Translations under genes and position numbers: made by a program
From: Octopus sinensis
Lineage: Eukaryota
Direction of reading: 5' to 3'
Assembly (NCBI RefSeq): GCF_006345805.1
Contig: NC_043004.1
Location: 98,828,001 to 98,892,000, forward strand
Length of the DNA stretch: 64,000 nt
Part shown: positions 40,005 through 53,039 of the stretch, one piece after another
How the letters are laid out: each line of letters begins with the position of its first letter
Position numbering within the stretch: the first letter of the stretch is position 1
The notes under the pieces: generated by a model
Database searches by the model: none
Seen by the model: the letters and a program-made list of their open reading frames with translations, nothing else
Told to the model about the DNA's origin: nothing

Positions 40005-40767
40005 TACACATATACACACGCCTACATATATCATACATATATATATATATATATATACATACATATACTTACATATATCATAGATATACACAGAAATAGA
40101 GAGAGAGTGAGAGGTGGGAATATATATATATTTGTATATACATACATGCATATATACATCCACATATATATATACATGTATATATATATACACGCATATA
40201 TATATATTTATATATACACACATATATATATACACATTTATATATATACATACATTCACACACACACACAAACACATATATATATACATACATATGTACT
40301 GGAGTTTGTGAATGCGTAGATGTGTTTGTAAATATCGCACATGTACATGGTCGATTTTGTATGTGTGTCTGTTTATATGAAAGAAGTAAAATAATTCTGA
40401 AGCTAACTTTACAATGTATGAAGAAGATCAGTAAGTAGGTGGGGAGAAAAACAAATCAAAAGCTTACTGGAAAAACAAACAAACATTATACATACACAAA
40501 TGCACTAGATGCTTCTAATGTAGATAATGCAGCAGAAAAAAAAAATGAAGGATAAAAAAAATTCACGATTGAGGAAGGTTTTGTTTCTTATCGTTCAAAA
40601 TACAGTTCCTGCAGTCACCCAGTATTTCTATAACCAAACTAAAATGATAATAGCTAATAATCATAATAACAATTTCTTTAGTTGCCATAAGGCCAACAGT
40701 GATATATATATTAATATATAATGATGTATGAAACAACAAGACCTGTGTTCATAAGTGTGTATGTGCA

Positions 40768-40815
<48 letters not shown>

Positions 40816-41536
40816 CGTGTGTATGCATGCGTATATTTATATTTACAAATACACACATATATATATATATATATAAATACATTTGTGTAAAAAGATATAC
40901 ATACATATAGATATAGCTACATAAACACACATACATATGTATACATACATATACGTTTATATATCATCGTCATCTTCATCATTTTATATTTTCTTTATGT
41001 GCTTACATGCTATCATAAGTTGCATAGCTTACGCTAGTCAGACTTGGTCCTTATTGAAAAGAACTGCTTACCTAAATGGGTCAGAGAACCATGTTTCACT
41101 CCTGTGTTCCATTTCTGGCTTGGTTTCGCTTCTAGCTGGGTACCCATCGTAAAACCTATGACTTTCCACTGTGTACTGAGTTCATTGTCATGGCCCCGGC
41201 ACAACAGAGACTGTCATGTTCTTGTTATGACTGGAGTGTTGTTATGACCCCATGTTTCACTCACTCGCCAATATCGGTCTAATATAATTTCCTTCAACAC
41301 AGCCCAAAGTTTAATTGGTTGAAGTGATGACAAAGGGAATAGAAAACAGACAAGTCCTGTACCAAAGGACAGCATAAATAATACTTGAGTGAGTGGTAAA
41401 GATAAAGATAACAGGGAAGTGAGTGGTAGGAAGATGAGAGGGTTACCATCTCTGGTCAAAGCAACAATTGTAGACTAATCATTACATATATTTCAGTCTA
41501 CATCTCTACCACAACTTTTGTTACTTATCATCTACC

Positions 41537-42505
41537 TATTTCTTTACTACCCACAAGTGGCTAAACACAGAGAAGACAAACAAGGACAGACAAACGGATT
41601 AAGTCGATTACATCGACCCCAGTGCGTAGCTGGTACTTAATTTATCGACCCCAAAAGGATGAAAGGTAAAGTCGACCCCGGCGGAATTTGAACTCAGAAT
41701 GTAACGGCAGACGAAATACCTATTTCTTTACTACCCACAAGGGGCTAAACACAGAGAAGACAAACAAGGACAGACAAACGGATTAAGTCGATTACATCGA
41801 CCCCAGTGCGTAACTGGTACTTATTTAATCGACCCCAAAAGGATGAAAGGCAAAGTCGACCTTGGCGGAATTTGAACTCAGAACGTAACGGTAGACGAAA
41901 TACCTATTTCTTTACTACCCACAAGGGGCTAAACACAGAAGGGTCAAACAAGGACAGACAAATGGATTAAGTCGATTAGATCGACGCCAGTGCGTAACTG
42001 GTACTTAATTTATCGACCTCGAAAGGATGAAAGGTAAAGTCAACCTCGGCAGAATTTGAACTCAGAATGTAACGGCAGATGAAATACCTATTTCTTTACT
42101 ACCCACAAGGGGCTAAACACAGAGGGGACAAACAAGGACAGACAAACGAATTAAGTCGATTACATCGACCCCAGTGCATAACTGATACTTATTTAATCGA
42201 CCCCGAAAGGATGAAAGGCAAAGTCGACCTCGGCGGAATTTGAACTCAGAACGTAACGGCAGATGAAATACCTATTTCTTTACTACCCACAAGGGGCTAA
42301 ACACAGAGGGGACAAACAAGGACAGACAAACGGATTAAGTCGATTACATCGATCCCAGTGTGTAACTGGTACTTATTTAATCGACCCCGAAAGGATGAAA
42401 GGCAAAGTCGACCTCGGCGGAATTTGAACTCAGAACGTAATGGCAGACAAAATACCATTTAGCATTTCGCCCGGTCTGCTAACGATTCTGCCAGCTCACT
42501 GCCTT
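41537..42505 (-). mobile_element. SINE family B pentamer (head plus 5 x 184 bp)
   Basis: Units start at 41537, 41721, 41905, 42089, 42273; TSD TACTTATCATCTACC at 41522-41536 and 42506-42520. Confidence 0.92.
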
Positions 42506-42519
42506 TACTTATCATCTAC

Positions 42520-43960
42520 CATACTTGTACAAATGGCCGTGTCTTCTTTCAAAGGGTGTTCTCCAGCATCTACAACATCGGTAATCACCAGCCAAAATGT
42601 CTCTTGTCATCTCTCCAACGGCTTGCAGCATCTTGAGATCAGTTTTCAAAAGTCCATTCCCTGTCTACCTTGTCTCCATCTTCCATCACTACAATTCATT
42701 TTCAGTATGCGTAACTTTTTAATTCAACATTCATCCTCCTTACATTCCACGAGTCCATACCTATTTCTTTATTACCCACAAGGGGCTAAACATAGAGGGG
42801 ACAAATATGGACAGACATAGGTATTAAATCGATTATATCGACCCCAGTGCGTAACTGGTACTTAATTTATCGACCCCGAAAGGATGAAAGGCAAAGTCGA
42901 CCTCGGCGGAATTTGAACTCAGAATGTAACAGCAGATGAAATACCTATTTCTTTACTACTCACAAGGGGCTAAACATAGAGGGGACAAATATGGACAGAC
43001 ATAGGTATTAAATCGATTATATCGACCCCAGTGCGTAACTGGTACTTAATTTATCGACCCTGAAAGGATGAAAGGCAAAGTTGACCTTGGTGGAATTTGA
43101 ACTCAGAACGTAGCGGCAGATGAAATACTGCTAAGCATTTCGCCCGACGTGCTAACGATTCTGCCAGCTCGCCGATCCATACCATCACAGACTTGTATGC
43201 TACATCTGCTTTCTCTTATATCCAGTTCTTTTCTGTCAGCGTTTTAATTCTCAGCCTCTCATGCACTCTAACATTACACATCCAGTGAGGCATACTTGTT
43301 TCATTTCTTTCTGGTGTCTGAAATTCTGAGCTGATGGTTAATGTCTCAGAACCATGTATAACTACATTTAGCACTCACACACATGATACAATCTGCCCTT
43401 CATCTTTATGCAGAAGACCTTATTACCAGAAGAGAAAATAACTCTCTGAAGCTTTTTTACCCCGTTCTTAATCTGGCTACTATAGTCTCTAAACACCCAC
43501 ATGTACAACTAATTAAGTGAAGTAGCAGAAACTATCAACCACTTCTTGCAAGACTTGTAATTATTCTAGTCACAGTGTCTTTTCCCTATGGGTGTTCTTC
43601 ATATCTATTTTCCTTGGACTCTAGAACTTTTTGTTTCCAGATATCTGTCTCATGTGAAGTCTACCTGTATTTACTCTATTAGCCTGTTTATTCTGTGATT
43701 CTGCTGAAATTTTTATCTATTCCTTTACTGTACATTGAGCATAACTTGCATTTCTGATATTAGCAAGGCCCAATCTTGTTTCCTAATTACAAATGCATTA
43801 TTCCTAGCTAAATTAAATTTGAAGCCTCTCAATTCTAGATTTTGCTTCCACATTTGGAATTTCCTCTCTAAATTCTTCATTGAGAACTATATATAAACTA
43901 GTTCATCAGCATAAAGGAGCTCCTATTAGTTACTGGTATTAAACTTCTCTGTTATAAATT
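42520..43960 (-). pseudogene. Decayed RTE-clade LINE ORF2 3' portion
   Basis: ELLYADELV (YADD-like), RKFQMWKQNLE, HGSET, SMPHWMCNV, WYG at the SINE insertion point. Confidence 0.7.
42762..43173 (-). mobile_element. SINE family B dimer nested in the RTE fossil
   Basis: Units 42762-42945 and 42946-43129; TSD TCCATACC at 42754-42761 and 43176-43183. Confidence 0.9.
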
Positions 43961-44288
43961 GGAGGACAACAATGAACAGAAGTGAGCTGGGGCCAGAGCC
44001 CTGACAAATATCCTCACTTGTACCCTAAACTTCTTGCTGGCTTCATTACTTGCTATCACTTTGCCAATAGCATTGCTGTAAATGATGAGCTTATAAAATG
44101 TCTTATATGCAGTCATGCAACTGGTTAGAAATAAAAGATAAACCTCTCTTAAATTATACTCAGCCAACTTAAAAAAGAACACTTTGAAGTACTGTGTCAA
44201 AGAAAAAGATATGGTTGCTCCAGGAATACCTTTTTATATATTTTTGTATCCCTGTTGTCCAAGAACTAGACAGCAGCAATTTCAGTAA

Positions 44289-44687
44289 TCTTTATATATA
44301 AAAGAGAGGTTGTGTGCTGTCTGTCTCCTACAATTTAGATTCCTAACTACTCACACATTTTGCGATGCAGTTTAACCAAAACTGGGTATCTTATAGTCGT
44401 AATTCATATCAAGCCTTTCTGGGTATTAGCGTGCGTCTACGATGAGTCTACGATTTAAAAAAAAATTACCATCAATTTTTCCCATTTTTAATGCGTTTTT
44501 GGCATATATAAAGGAAGTAACTCTCTAAAAATTTATTATTAAATCTCAGAACGTAAAAAGCTACAGTAACACCCCCCCCCCCTTTGTGGTTAGCCATATT
44601 GAGATGGCTATTATACTTTACATCTCTAAAAATGCTTATATAGTTATTTCCCTTACAAACCCGAGCAACGCCGGGCGATACTGCTAG
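44289..44687 (+). mobile_element. Non-autonomous Helitron, copy 2
   Basis: A|TC ... hairpin ... CTAG|T; closely matches 20086-20478. Confidence 0.85.
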
Positions 44688-45578
44688 TAAGTTATATAAG
44701 TTATAATAGAAACCCATTCTGAAGAAAACAATACAGATGAAGCTAAATCTTGGGTCTGTCCACACAAACCTATGTTCAATGGCATTCTAGTTATGATCAT
44801 TTTGTATTTCTTTTGAAGCATTGTGTACCTACGCCCAAATTATTCAATGTGCCCACATTTTCAAAGGTATTAGGGTGTGTTTTGGGGAACAGTTAAATTT
44901 AGCAGATTAATCAACAACAATGTAGAGGTTTCCTTATGGGTTTCACTTTGAGTAGACAACACCATAACAATTTTCACACAACAGTCCCTGGTGTTAATAC
45001 TGAAGTCATTTTTTTTTAAATCACTGACTTTCAAATTTCCCCTCCTCATCATCTATCAACTATGTTTCTGCTTGTGCTAAACTTATCAACCGTCACAACA
45101 CCTTCAGCATTTAAACAAAGATTTTGGAAGAAGACCTTCCATCTTTTTTATTACCTTGTCTAAGGTCTAACTTTCTTTTTTTGATCATGTGGAACCACCT
45201 TATAGTCAGTATAGTTCCTGAGTCTACTCTGACCAATAGTAGTAGTAGTTAGTTAATTTTTTGGCTTAAAAATCAAAAAGCAAGGCCATGTAAGGGGACA
45301 TGGAGTTTATGAATCTTGGTCCCAGCTGTGGGTTAATTAGCACATTGGGGGTTGCTTGTGTATGCATGTGAAGATTGAATCTAGCAGGTTCTATGGAAGG
45401 GACTTTTATGGTTCACTGGAGGAAATGGCAGATTGTGAAGTGCAGAGAGCAACATGAAGTAAGTGGAGTGTGACATCTTCATCCTCCGCTGCATCTGTCT
45501 CCATCCCTTGTTATCTTACCCCTGGATTGAAGATAGTTACAGATGAGAGAGTAAGACTAATAGTAATGGTACTAGTCA

Positions 45579-46148
45579 TCATTGTTCGGCCGTGGTCGAG
45601 ACAATGGAATTTACCATGCTACGCCAGACTTCATGGTCCATCATGGCATTACGGAGGTCCTGTTGCTGGATGCCTGTATCCCTGGAGATTACATCAGGGT
45701 AGGAGAGTGTGCGCCCTCTGGTATTGCGAGTAGATGGCTTCCAGAGGAGAAGAGTAGAAATTGCCTCGTTTTCAGCTCTACAACAATGTCCAGCAAACTG
45801 GACTCTCCTACCTTTCACAAGAGATGACACAGGTGGTAGTTTCCCATATATTTGCATTTTGGTTGGATTGCGCTTCCACGAGAGATTTTGAGCTCTCATA
45901 AGGAGGCGAGTGTAGGTGCCATCCAACCGCCTCTCAAGCTTCTTTGATAACGTCCATGTTTCTGAGCCATATAGTAGAATTGGTTCGACTGTGGCTTTGA
46001 AGATTTCAAGTTTGAAGTCTCTACTTAGATTTGATGACCAGATCTTATGCATGTCATTACAGGCTGACCAGGCCATACCCTTTCTAGTTAGAAAGTCTTT
46101 TCCAGATGATGATATGTATGACCCAAGATATTTGTAATCAGAAACCAT
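45579..46148 (-). mobile_element. 5'-truncated RTE-like LINE, RT C-terminal region (189 aa open)
   Basis: DYKYLGS, LLYGSETWTL, RRVQFAGHC, GRTLSYPD; 18-bp TSD-like repeats at 45564-45581 and 46152-46169 (2 mismatches). Confidence 0.92.
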
Positions 46149-47819
46149 ATTTAATCGTACTACTCATCAGACGTCTATAAGGATAAATTGATGGTCCTCA
46201 TTGATCAGAAAAAAGGAGCATGTGTGCTACCTTGTTACTCTACTCAAGAAGGAGCACCAGAGAGTTAGTCATTTGTCATTTTCAACATATAGCTGACTGT
46301 GTAAGTTGTTCAAGTTTCAACCCATAAAGAAGGCTTGTCTCATTAGCTGCCATGAAGGTCCTCTAGTTAAGCTTTAGGAAGAGGTCGGATGGGCGGGGGT
46401 GGGGGCAGGTGTTCTTCATATAAATTAAGTATTTCCTTAGCAAGGTCTCGACACACCTTGATGTCCCCCTCCAAGCTCACTATGAATGATTTAGTAGCTT
46501 GCCACCTGACCTCTATGTCAAACTATATTATAATTATTTATTTTCAGTAACACACACACATGCACACTGCACGCACACATATTAAATAAGCAAACAAAAA
46601 TCGTAAATCTTTAATGAGTTTGCTATTTCTATGACATTGGTGACATTCTGACAGAATGGCACATACCCTGAAATGTTTGGCTATGTTTAATTACCATATT
46701 AACATTTTAAACCACTTTTTTTTTATTTATTTGCTAGTAAACATCTAGACAAAACAAAAAAAAAGAATTAAACATAACAAAAAAAATTTCTTTATGGACA
46801 ATTAATTTTTTACGCTTCGGATGGTTATTCGTACACTGGTCAACAACAACAGCAACAACAGTTGGAGCAATAATAATAAATCACAACTAACAAACAAGAA
46901 TAGGAAAAAAATGTATGGAAACACTTCAAGAACAAAATATCTTACCTACCCCTCTTCAAAAATTAGATAAAAAAGAAGGAAAAAATATACTGAAAAATTG
47001 CCTTTTTTTTTAATGGGCAATAGGAGACAATATATATTGGCAAATATCACTACTACTACTACAATTACTAGTTCCAATACTACTACTTTGATAAATAATA
47101 ATAATAATAGTTATTATAATATTATTAATGATAAAGAGTAAATTCTAGCAATGGCAAAAGGCCATGTATTTTTATAAAAATATAAACAAAAAATAATAAA
47201 CATTTCTAATATCAGAACGAGGCCAGAAATTTGGGGTCAGGTGACAGTCAATAACAATGAATCCCAATATCTGACTGGTACTGTATTTTATTGACGCTGG
47301 AAGAATGAAAAGCAAAGTTGATGTTAGCACTATTTGAACATATTATATTGCCAGATCTGTTTAACACACAACAGCAAGCGTGTTTGACAAAACTCTGCAA
47401 GTCAGTAATGATCTGACACTGGACAAGTGCATGCAGAACAGTTTTGTCACTCTGCATGCATTTTTCAATTTCTTATCGCAAATGGAGATGAACATCATTC
47501 CTCCATACGATCAACTTGAAAAATTGTTTAGATATTAAGATATTTTCCTTGGCATGAAACTAATGGTAGCCTTAATACACAAATAAAGAAAGAAATTTTA
47601 TCCACCGATGTGGTGTTGAGCACTCATTTTCATTTGCACAGGCCTTCTGGTGTGTTATAGGAGTAAGTGATTTAACGGTTCTCTTCTTATGTAGCACCTT
47701 GGACAAGTGTTTTCTATTATAGCCACACCTGCCCAGGTTGACCAAAGCATCGTCACTGGAATTGGGAGAGTGAAAATAGTGAAGAAGCCTATCGTACACA
47801 CACACACACATATGGATTA

Positions 47820-48120
47820 ATGGAAGCACATGGCCTATTGGTTAGAGCAGCGGACTCGCGTTCGAGGGATTGCAGGTTCGAATCTCATACTGGGCGATGT
47901 GTGTGTTTATGAGTGAAACACCTAAGCTCCACTCGACTCCAGCAGAAGGTAATGACGAACTTCTGCTGACTCTTTCACCACAACTTTCTCTTACTCTTTC
48001 CTCCTGCATCTTCCAGCTCACCTGTGATGGACCAGCGTCCCGTCCAGGCTGGGAACCTATACGCCAAGGAAACTGGGAAACCGGCCCTTATGAGCCAGGC
48101 ATGGCTCGAGAAGGAGCAAA
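47820..48120 (+). mobile_element. tRNA(Arg-like)-headed V-domain SINE (family D)
   Basis: A box TGGCCTATTGG, B box GGTTCGAATC, CCTGTGATGGACCAGCGTCCCGTCCAGG resembles the V-SINE domain. Confidence 0.75.
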
Positions 48121-48298
48121 TAATTAAAAATAAACACACTCAGATTAGACCACTAATTAAGATTGTTCTGGAGTAGTATGTTACCAAAATTAATCATTTT
48201 TAAGTGATACCAAATTTTGCAAGCAATGATGTAAACATATACAATACATGTATATCCAGGCACACAAACACACACTTATGCACACACACACACACGCT

Positions 48299-48342
<44 letters not shown>

Positions 48343-48829
48343 AGAGAACAACTTAAGAATGATCACGTGTCTAATGTAACAGTTAGAAAAATACACTCAG
48401 TAACAGCAAGTAATTTATAATGATTGTCTTCCAATTGCCTAGTAATTTCCTTATTTCTCTTTATGCAATAGTTTCTATTTGTAGTGAGGTATCTAACCTA
48501 GATTAGCTTGGTAATATAAATAGAAGTACAAGGTAGAAACGTTAGCACACCAGGCAAAATGCTGAGCAGTACTCCATCTTTCTTAACATTCTGAATTCAA
48601 ATTCCAACGAGGTTGACTTTGTCTTTCATCCTTTCGGGGTCAATAAATTAAGTACCAGTTGCATACTGGGGTCGATCTAATCGACTGGCCCCCTCCCTCA
48701 AATTTTCAGGTCTTGTGCCTAGAGTAGAAAAGAAGGTGGTGAGCTGGCAGGAATGTCTTTACGTTCTGAGTTCAAATTCCACCGAGGTTGACTTTCAGGC
48801 CTTGTGACTAGAGTCGAAAAGAATATCAT

Positions 48830-49277
48830 GTTAGTTAGTTAATTTGGCTCAAAAGCAAATAGCAAGGCCATGTAAGGGGACATGGAGTTAAGTACAGGGT
48901 GGTGTTCATGTAAAGAGTTCAGGCCACTTGAGGTCCAGGGAGGCTTTGAACAAAGCGGTCGTCGGCATCTTCACCATCTCGTCTGGCAGTTTGTTCCACG
49001 GATCCGCAACCCGGACGGAGAAAGCTCCTCTCCTTCGATTGAGATGAAATCGTCGCAGGTAGAGCTTTTTGGAATGACCCCGCAGCCGACGCTCTGGAGC
49101 AGGAGTGAAGAACAGCTCTTTCGAGAGGTTACACTTTCCGCTTATGATGTTGTGGGTGAGAATGAGATCACCACGGCGGCGGCATTTTTCAAGAGAATAA
49201 AGGTCGAGCGTCCTCAGCCTTTCTTCGTAGGACAAATTTTTGAGACCATGATTTATAAAAAAAGATAAATCGAACAT
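48830..49277 (-). mobile_element. CR1-clade LINE 3' fragment with 3'UTR
   Basis: LSYEERLRTLDLYSLEKCRRRGDLI, AFSVRVADPWNKLP, FKASLD; (TAAC)n tail; same 3' end recurs at ~45245-45310. Confidence 0.92.
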
Positions 49278-50221
49278 TGTGTTTGTGAATTGATTAAAAT
49301 CTCAAACATATTCCTCTATGTACCATGACTATTAAAATATAAGCTATAACCATCATCTCTGCATTTTAGGATAACCAAGCAAAATGGGATTCCAGCAAGA
49401 GCTAAAGAATTTTTTTCTGCTTTTAGCAGTTTGTTTCAGAAATTCAGAAGTCTAAGAAAACTTTAACAGAGGAGGTTACATGTACAGACAAGTTGCAGTT
49501 TTAAAATATCCTGATGTTTGAAAGAAATAATCAAAAAATGGATAATGGCCATAAATAACCTTTTCTACTCTAGGGACAACACCCAAAATTTTGGGGGAAG
49601 GGGCCAGTCAATTAGATCGACCCCAGTATGCAACTGGTTCTAAATTTATCGACCCTGAAAGGATAAAAGGCAAAGTTGACCCTCAGCAGAATTTGAACTC
49701 AGAACGTAAAAACAGACTAAATACCACTAAGCATTTTGCCTAGCATGCTAATGTTTCTGCCAGCTCATTGCCTTGCTATGACTACAAACATTGACTGCTG
49801 ATATCATACGGGACTGATCTGGAGAAGAAAGTCTTCAAAAAAATTTTCATTGAAGAAAGAAAACAAATAACAAGGATGGCAAAGTGTCAAAAGATAACTT
49901 AAAAGTAAATGATACAAATATTTATGATTTACATGAATCTGATTTAAAAGAAATAATTTATCACAAATTTATTTATCTGAGCCAAGAGTTGGTAATAGAA
50001 AGCAGGGGGAAGACAATAGGCTGATGAATATGAAGAATAAATGACACAATATCTATGAATTTGAAAAGTTCAAGCATTTAATAATTGGTATCAACCTTAA
50101 TAATAAATATATGTAGTTTAATTGAAACTTAGACAATGAGAAAGATAAGAAGATCAAGAAAAAAAATGTTATTCAAATGACACTGAATAAATATTTTTCA
50201 AAAGCGAAAAATTTGTTATTT

Positions 50222-50661
50222 ATTCTTTTGTTCGTTTTCGCATTTTACTCATTAGACTGTGGCCATGCTGGAGCACCTCATTTAGCTGAACAAAATGACC
50301 CCAGGGCTTATTATTTGTAAGCCTAGTACTTATCCTATCCGTCTCTTTTTGCCGAGGTGCTAAATGATGAGGATATAAACACACCAAAATCAGTTGTCAA
50401 GCAATGGTGGGTATCAAGCAAACATAAATAACAATTACATTCATACACGCAAACGTGCACACACACACACACACACACACACACCACACACACACATATA
50501 CGATGGGCTTCTTTCAGTTTTCGTCTATCAAATCCACTCACAAGGCTTTGGCCATCCTGAGGCTACAGTAGAAGAAACTTTCCCAAGGTGCCACGCAGTG
50601 AAACTGAACTCCGAACCATGTGGTTGGGAAGCAAGCTTCTTACTTCACAGCCATTCCTGTA
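50222..50661 (-). mobile_element. SINE family A (old)
   Basis: Diverged copy. Confidence 0.8.
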
Positions 50662-50906
50662 CTTATTTGTTCATTTGTTTAGCATTTCTATTTTTATGCT
50701 GGCATGTCTTGCATGGTAGATGACTGAGACAAGATTTTTATGGCCAGTTGCTCTTCTTGCAGTCAAAGCTCTTTCATTTACCAAAAGTTTTTAAAATGTT
50801 GTTTTTCTCTTTTTTCTTTTATACACAGCAATAAAGAATAATACTACATTTCTAACAAACTGCTGTATAGTGAATGCATTCACAAGCTGGAAGAATCATT
50901 GACATA

Positions 50907-51303
50907 GGCACAGGAGGGCTGTGTGGTAAGAATCTTGCTTCCCAACCATGTGGTTCCAGGTTCAGTCCCACTGCGTGGCAACTTGGACAAGTGTCTTCTA
51001 CTATAGCCTCGGGCCAACCAAAGCCTTGTGAGTGGATTTGGTAGACAGAAACTGAAAGAAACTCGTTGCATGTATATATATATGAGTGTGTGTGTTTGTG
51101 CCCCCCACCCCACCCCACTATCACTTGACAACTGATGGTGGTGTGTTTATGTCCCCGTAACTTAGCGGTTTGGCAAAAAGAGACCGATGGAAGAAGTACT
51201 ATGTTTACAAAGAATAAGTATCGGGGTCGATTTTTGTTCAACTAAAGGTGGTGCTCCAGCATGGCTGCGGTCAAATGACTGAAACAAGTAAAAGAATAAA
51301 AGA
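50907..51303 (+). mobile_element. SINE family A
   Basis: Full length. Confidence 0.85.
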
Positions 51304-51689
51304 ATACGAGACAAAATTCTTAGTAGCATTTCTTTCAGCTTTACGTCCTGAGGTCACATGCCACCAACGTTGACTTTACCTTTCAGCCCTTACAGGATCG
51401 ATAAAATAAAGTATCAGTAAAAACTGGGGTTTAGGCAATCAACTGGCTCACTCCTCCAAAACTTACTGGCTTTGTACTAAAATTAGACTATTACTTTGAA
51501 ACACCGAAAAAAAAAATTTGCATATATAAGAATGCAGCTACTTATTTTGAAAGTTCTTTAATCAATTATAGTATTTCTTATACATTGCTCTAATCAATTA
51601 GTACAGCATTTACTCAGAATGAGCTAATTGTACTAATTAAGGTTTTGCTCTATGTGTGTTTCTGGCTAAGTATCTATCCTTCTGCATAT

Positions 51690-52160
51690 ATTTGCATCAA
51701 GTCGTGTCCCTTTGAAGTTTAAAGGTAACTTACACATTCAGTCAATGGAAAACCTGCTGGAGCCTAGCAGCAGGTATTTAAAGGGAAAAACAAAAAAAAT
51801 TGATAAGACAGCCAGTCGCCCGCTGACACTCGTTGACACTACATCGAAGCAGCCAGGGAACAGAAGAAAGAAGGAGAAAGAAGACATGCACTCAACACCA
51901 GAGCTGAAGACACCTTCGAAAGAGGTGGGGGCCCACCACGTCAAAACGGTAGAGGAGTAGGGGCCGAAACTGGACGTGGTTTCTCCTGATGATGTCTTGA
52001 GCTAACAGGATCCTATAAAGGAGCTGTTGTAGTAGCAGACCACGAAACACGGTTGAAATTCCTCAGTACTAGGGCTGAATGAATTACTGAAATACCTCAA
52101 AAATGGCACCTGAGCACAGCCACAGTCCACTGGCTGGAAACAGTAAATATTAAGAGAATA
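51690..52160 (+). mobile_element. Probable Penelope-like terminal repeat with degenerate hammerhead motifs
   Basis: TATTTAAA, CTGAAGA+hairpin at ~51904, CTGATGA (51986-51992)...GAAACACGGTT; GAAACACGGTTGAA shared with ~8137-8150. Confidence 0.45.
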
Positions 52161-52320
52161 AAGGGGAAAATGTAACTAAGACTAGATTATCTAGACTTAT
52201 TATCTTTTCTTGAAGATTATAGAATGTGGTCTTAAGAAGTTTCAATTGTAAATTCTTTGCAGATCAAGTGCCTGTTCACATGTTCTCATATTGTCTTGAC
52301 ATTTGTGTTATTATTCCGAA

Positions 52321-52420
52321 NNNNNNNNNNNNNNNNNNNNNNNNNNNNNNNNNNNNNNNNNNNNNNNNNNNNNNNNNNNNNNNNNNNNNNNNNNNNNNNN
52401 NNNNNNNNNNNNNNNNNNNN
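52321..52420. other. Assembly gap (100 N)
   Basis: Direct reading. Confidence 1.
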
Positions 52421-52550
52421 TGGGAGTGAGAGAGGACTTGCAACCTACACATGTCGCCTTCGTTCCCTAGAGGAAAGGACTAGATTGGATTAGTCGTTGC
52501 CTACTAAGGCTCTTACATGCCCGGGCAACGCCGGGCTATGTTTGCTATAG
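52421..52550 (+). mobile_element. Helitron-like 3' end
   Basis: Hairpin CCCGGGCAACGCCGGG followed by GCTATAGT. Confidence 0.5.
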
Positions 52551-53039
52551 TATATATATATATATATATATATATGAATAAATAAATGGACTTATAAATA
52601 AATGGAATACAATAAACTCCATTTATTTATTCATATATAATTCAAAATATTCCACGTAAACACGAAGTTTCTACCTTTATAAACAAGGAGTTACAACATC
52701 TTTACTTGTGAGATTTTTGCTACTCTGGTAACTATTTATCTATTTTTTCCGTGTCAATTGTTAACAAGGTAAAAATACACTCATCTATATATATATGTAT
52801 ATATATATATATGCATATGAGTCAGTGGACAAATGAGAGTTTACATGTATAGATCAAAACAGTTTGATTTTTTTTGTTTTCTTTGGTACTCTTGATAATC
52901 AAGAGTACCAGTGAATTCGAATCAATCTGTCCTGGGGTCATGTGCTTGACTAAAGGCAGTGCTCCAGCATGGCTGCTGTCAAATGACTGAAACAAGTAAA
53001 AGAGTAAAGAGAGTATATATTAATGATTTGCTGTTAGTC

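Noticed and set aside
41537-42505. CRISPR-like regular array
   Set aside because: No unique spacers; whole 184-bp SINE bodies repeat; eukaryotic context
47820-47900. tRNA-Arg gene
   Set aside because: No proper acceptor stem; continues into a SINE body
52226-52493. ORFs with X runs
   Set aside because: Span the 100-N gap
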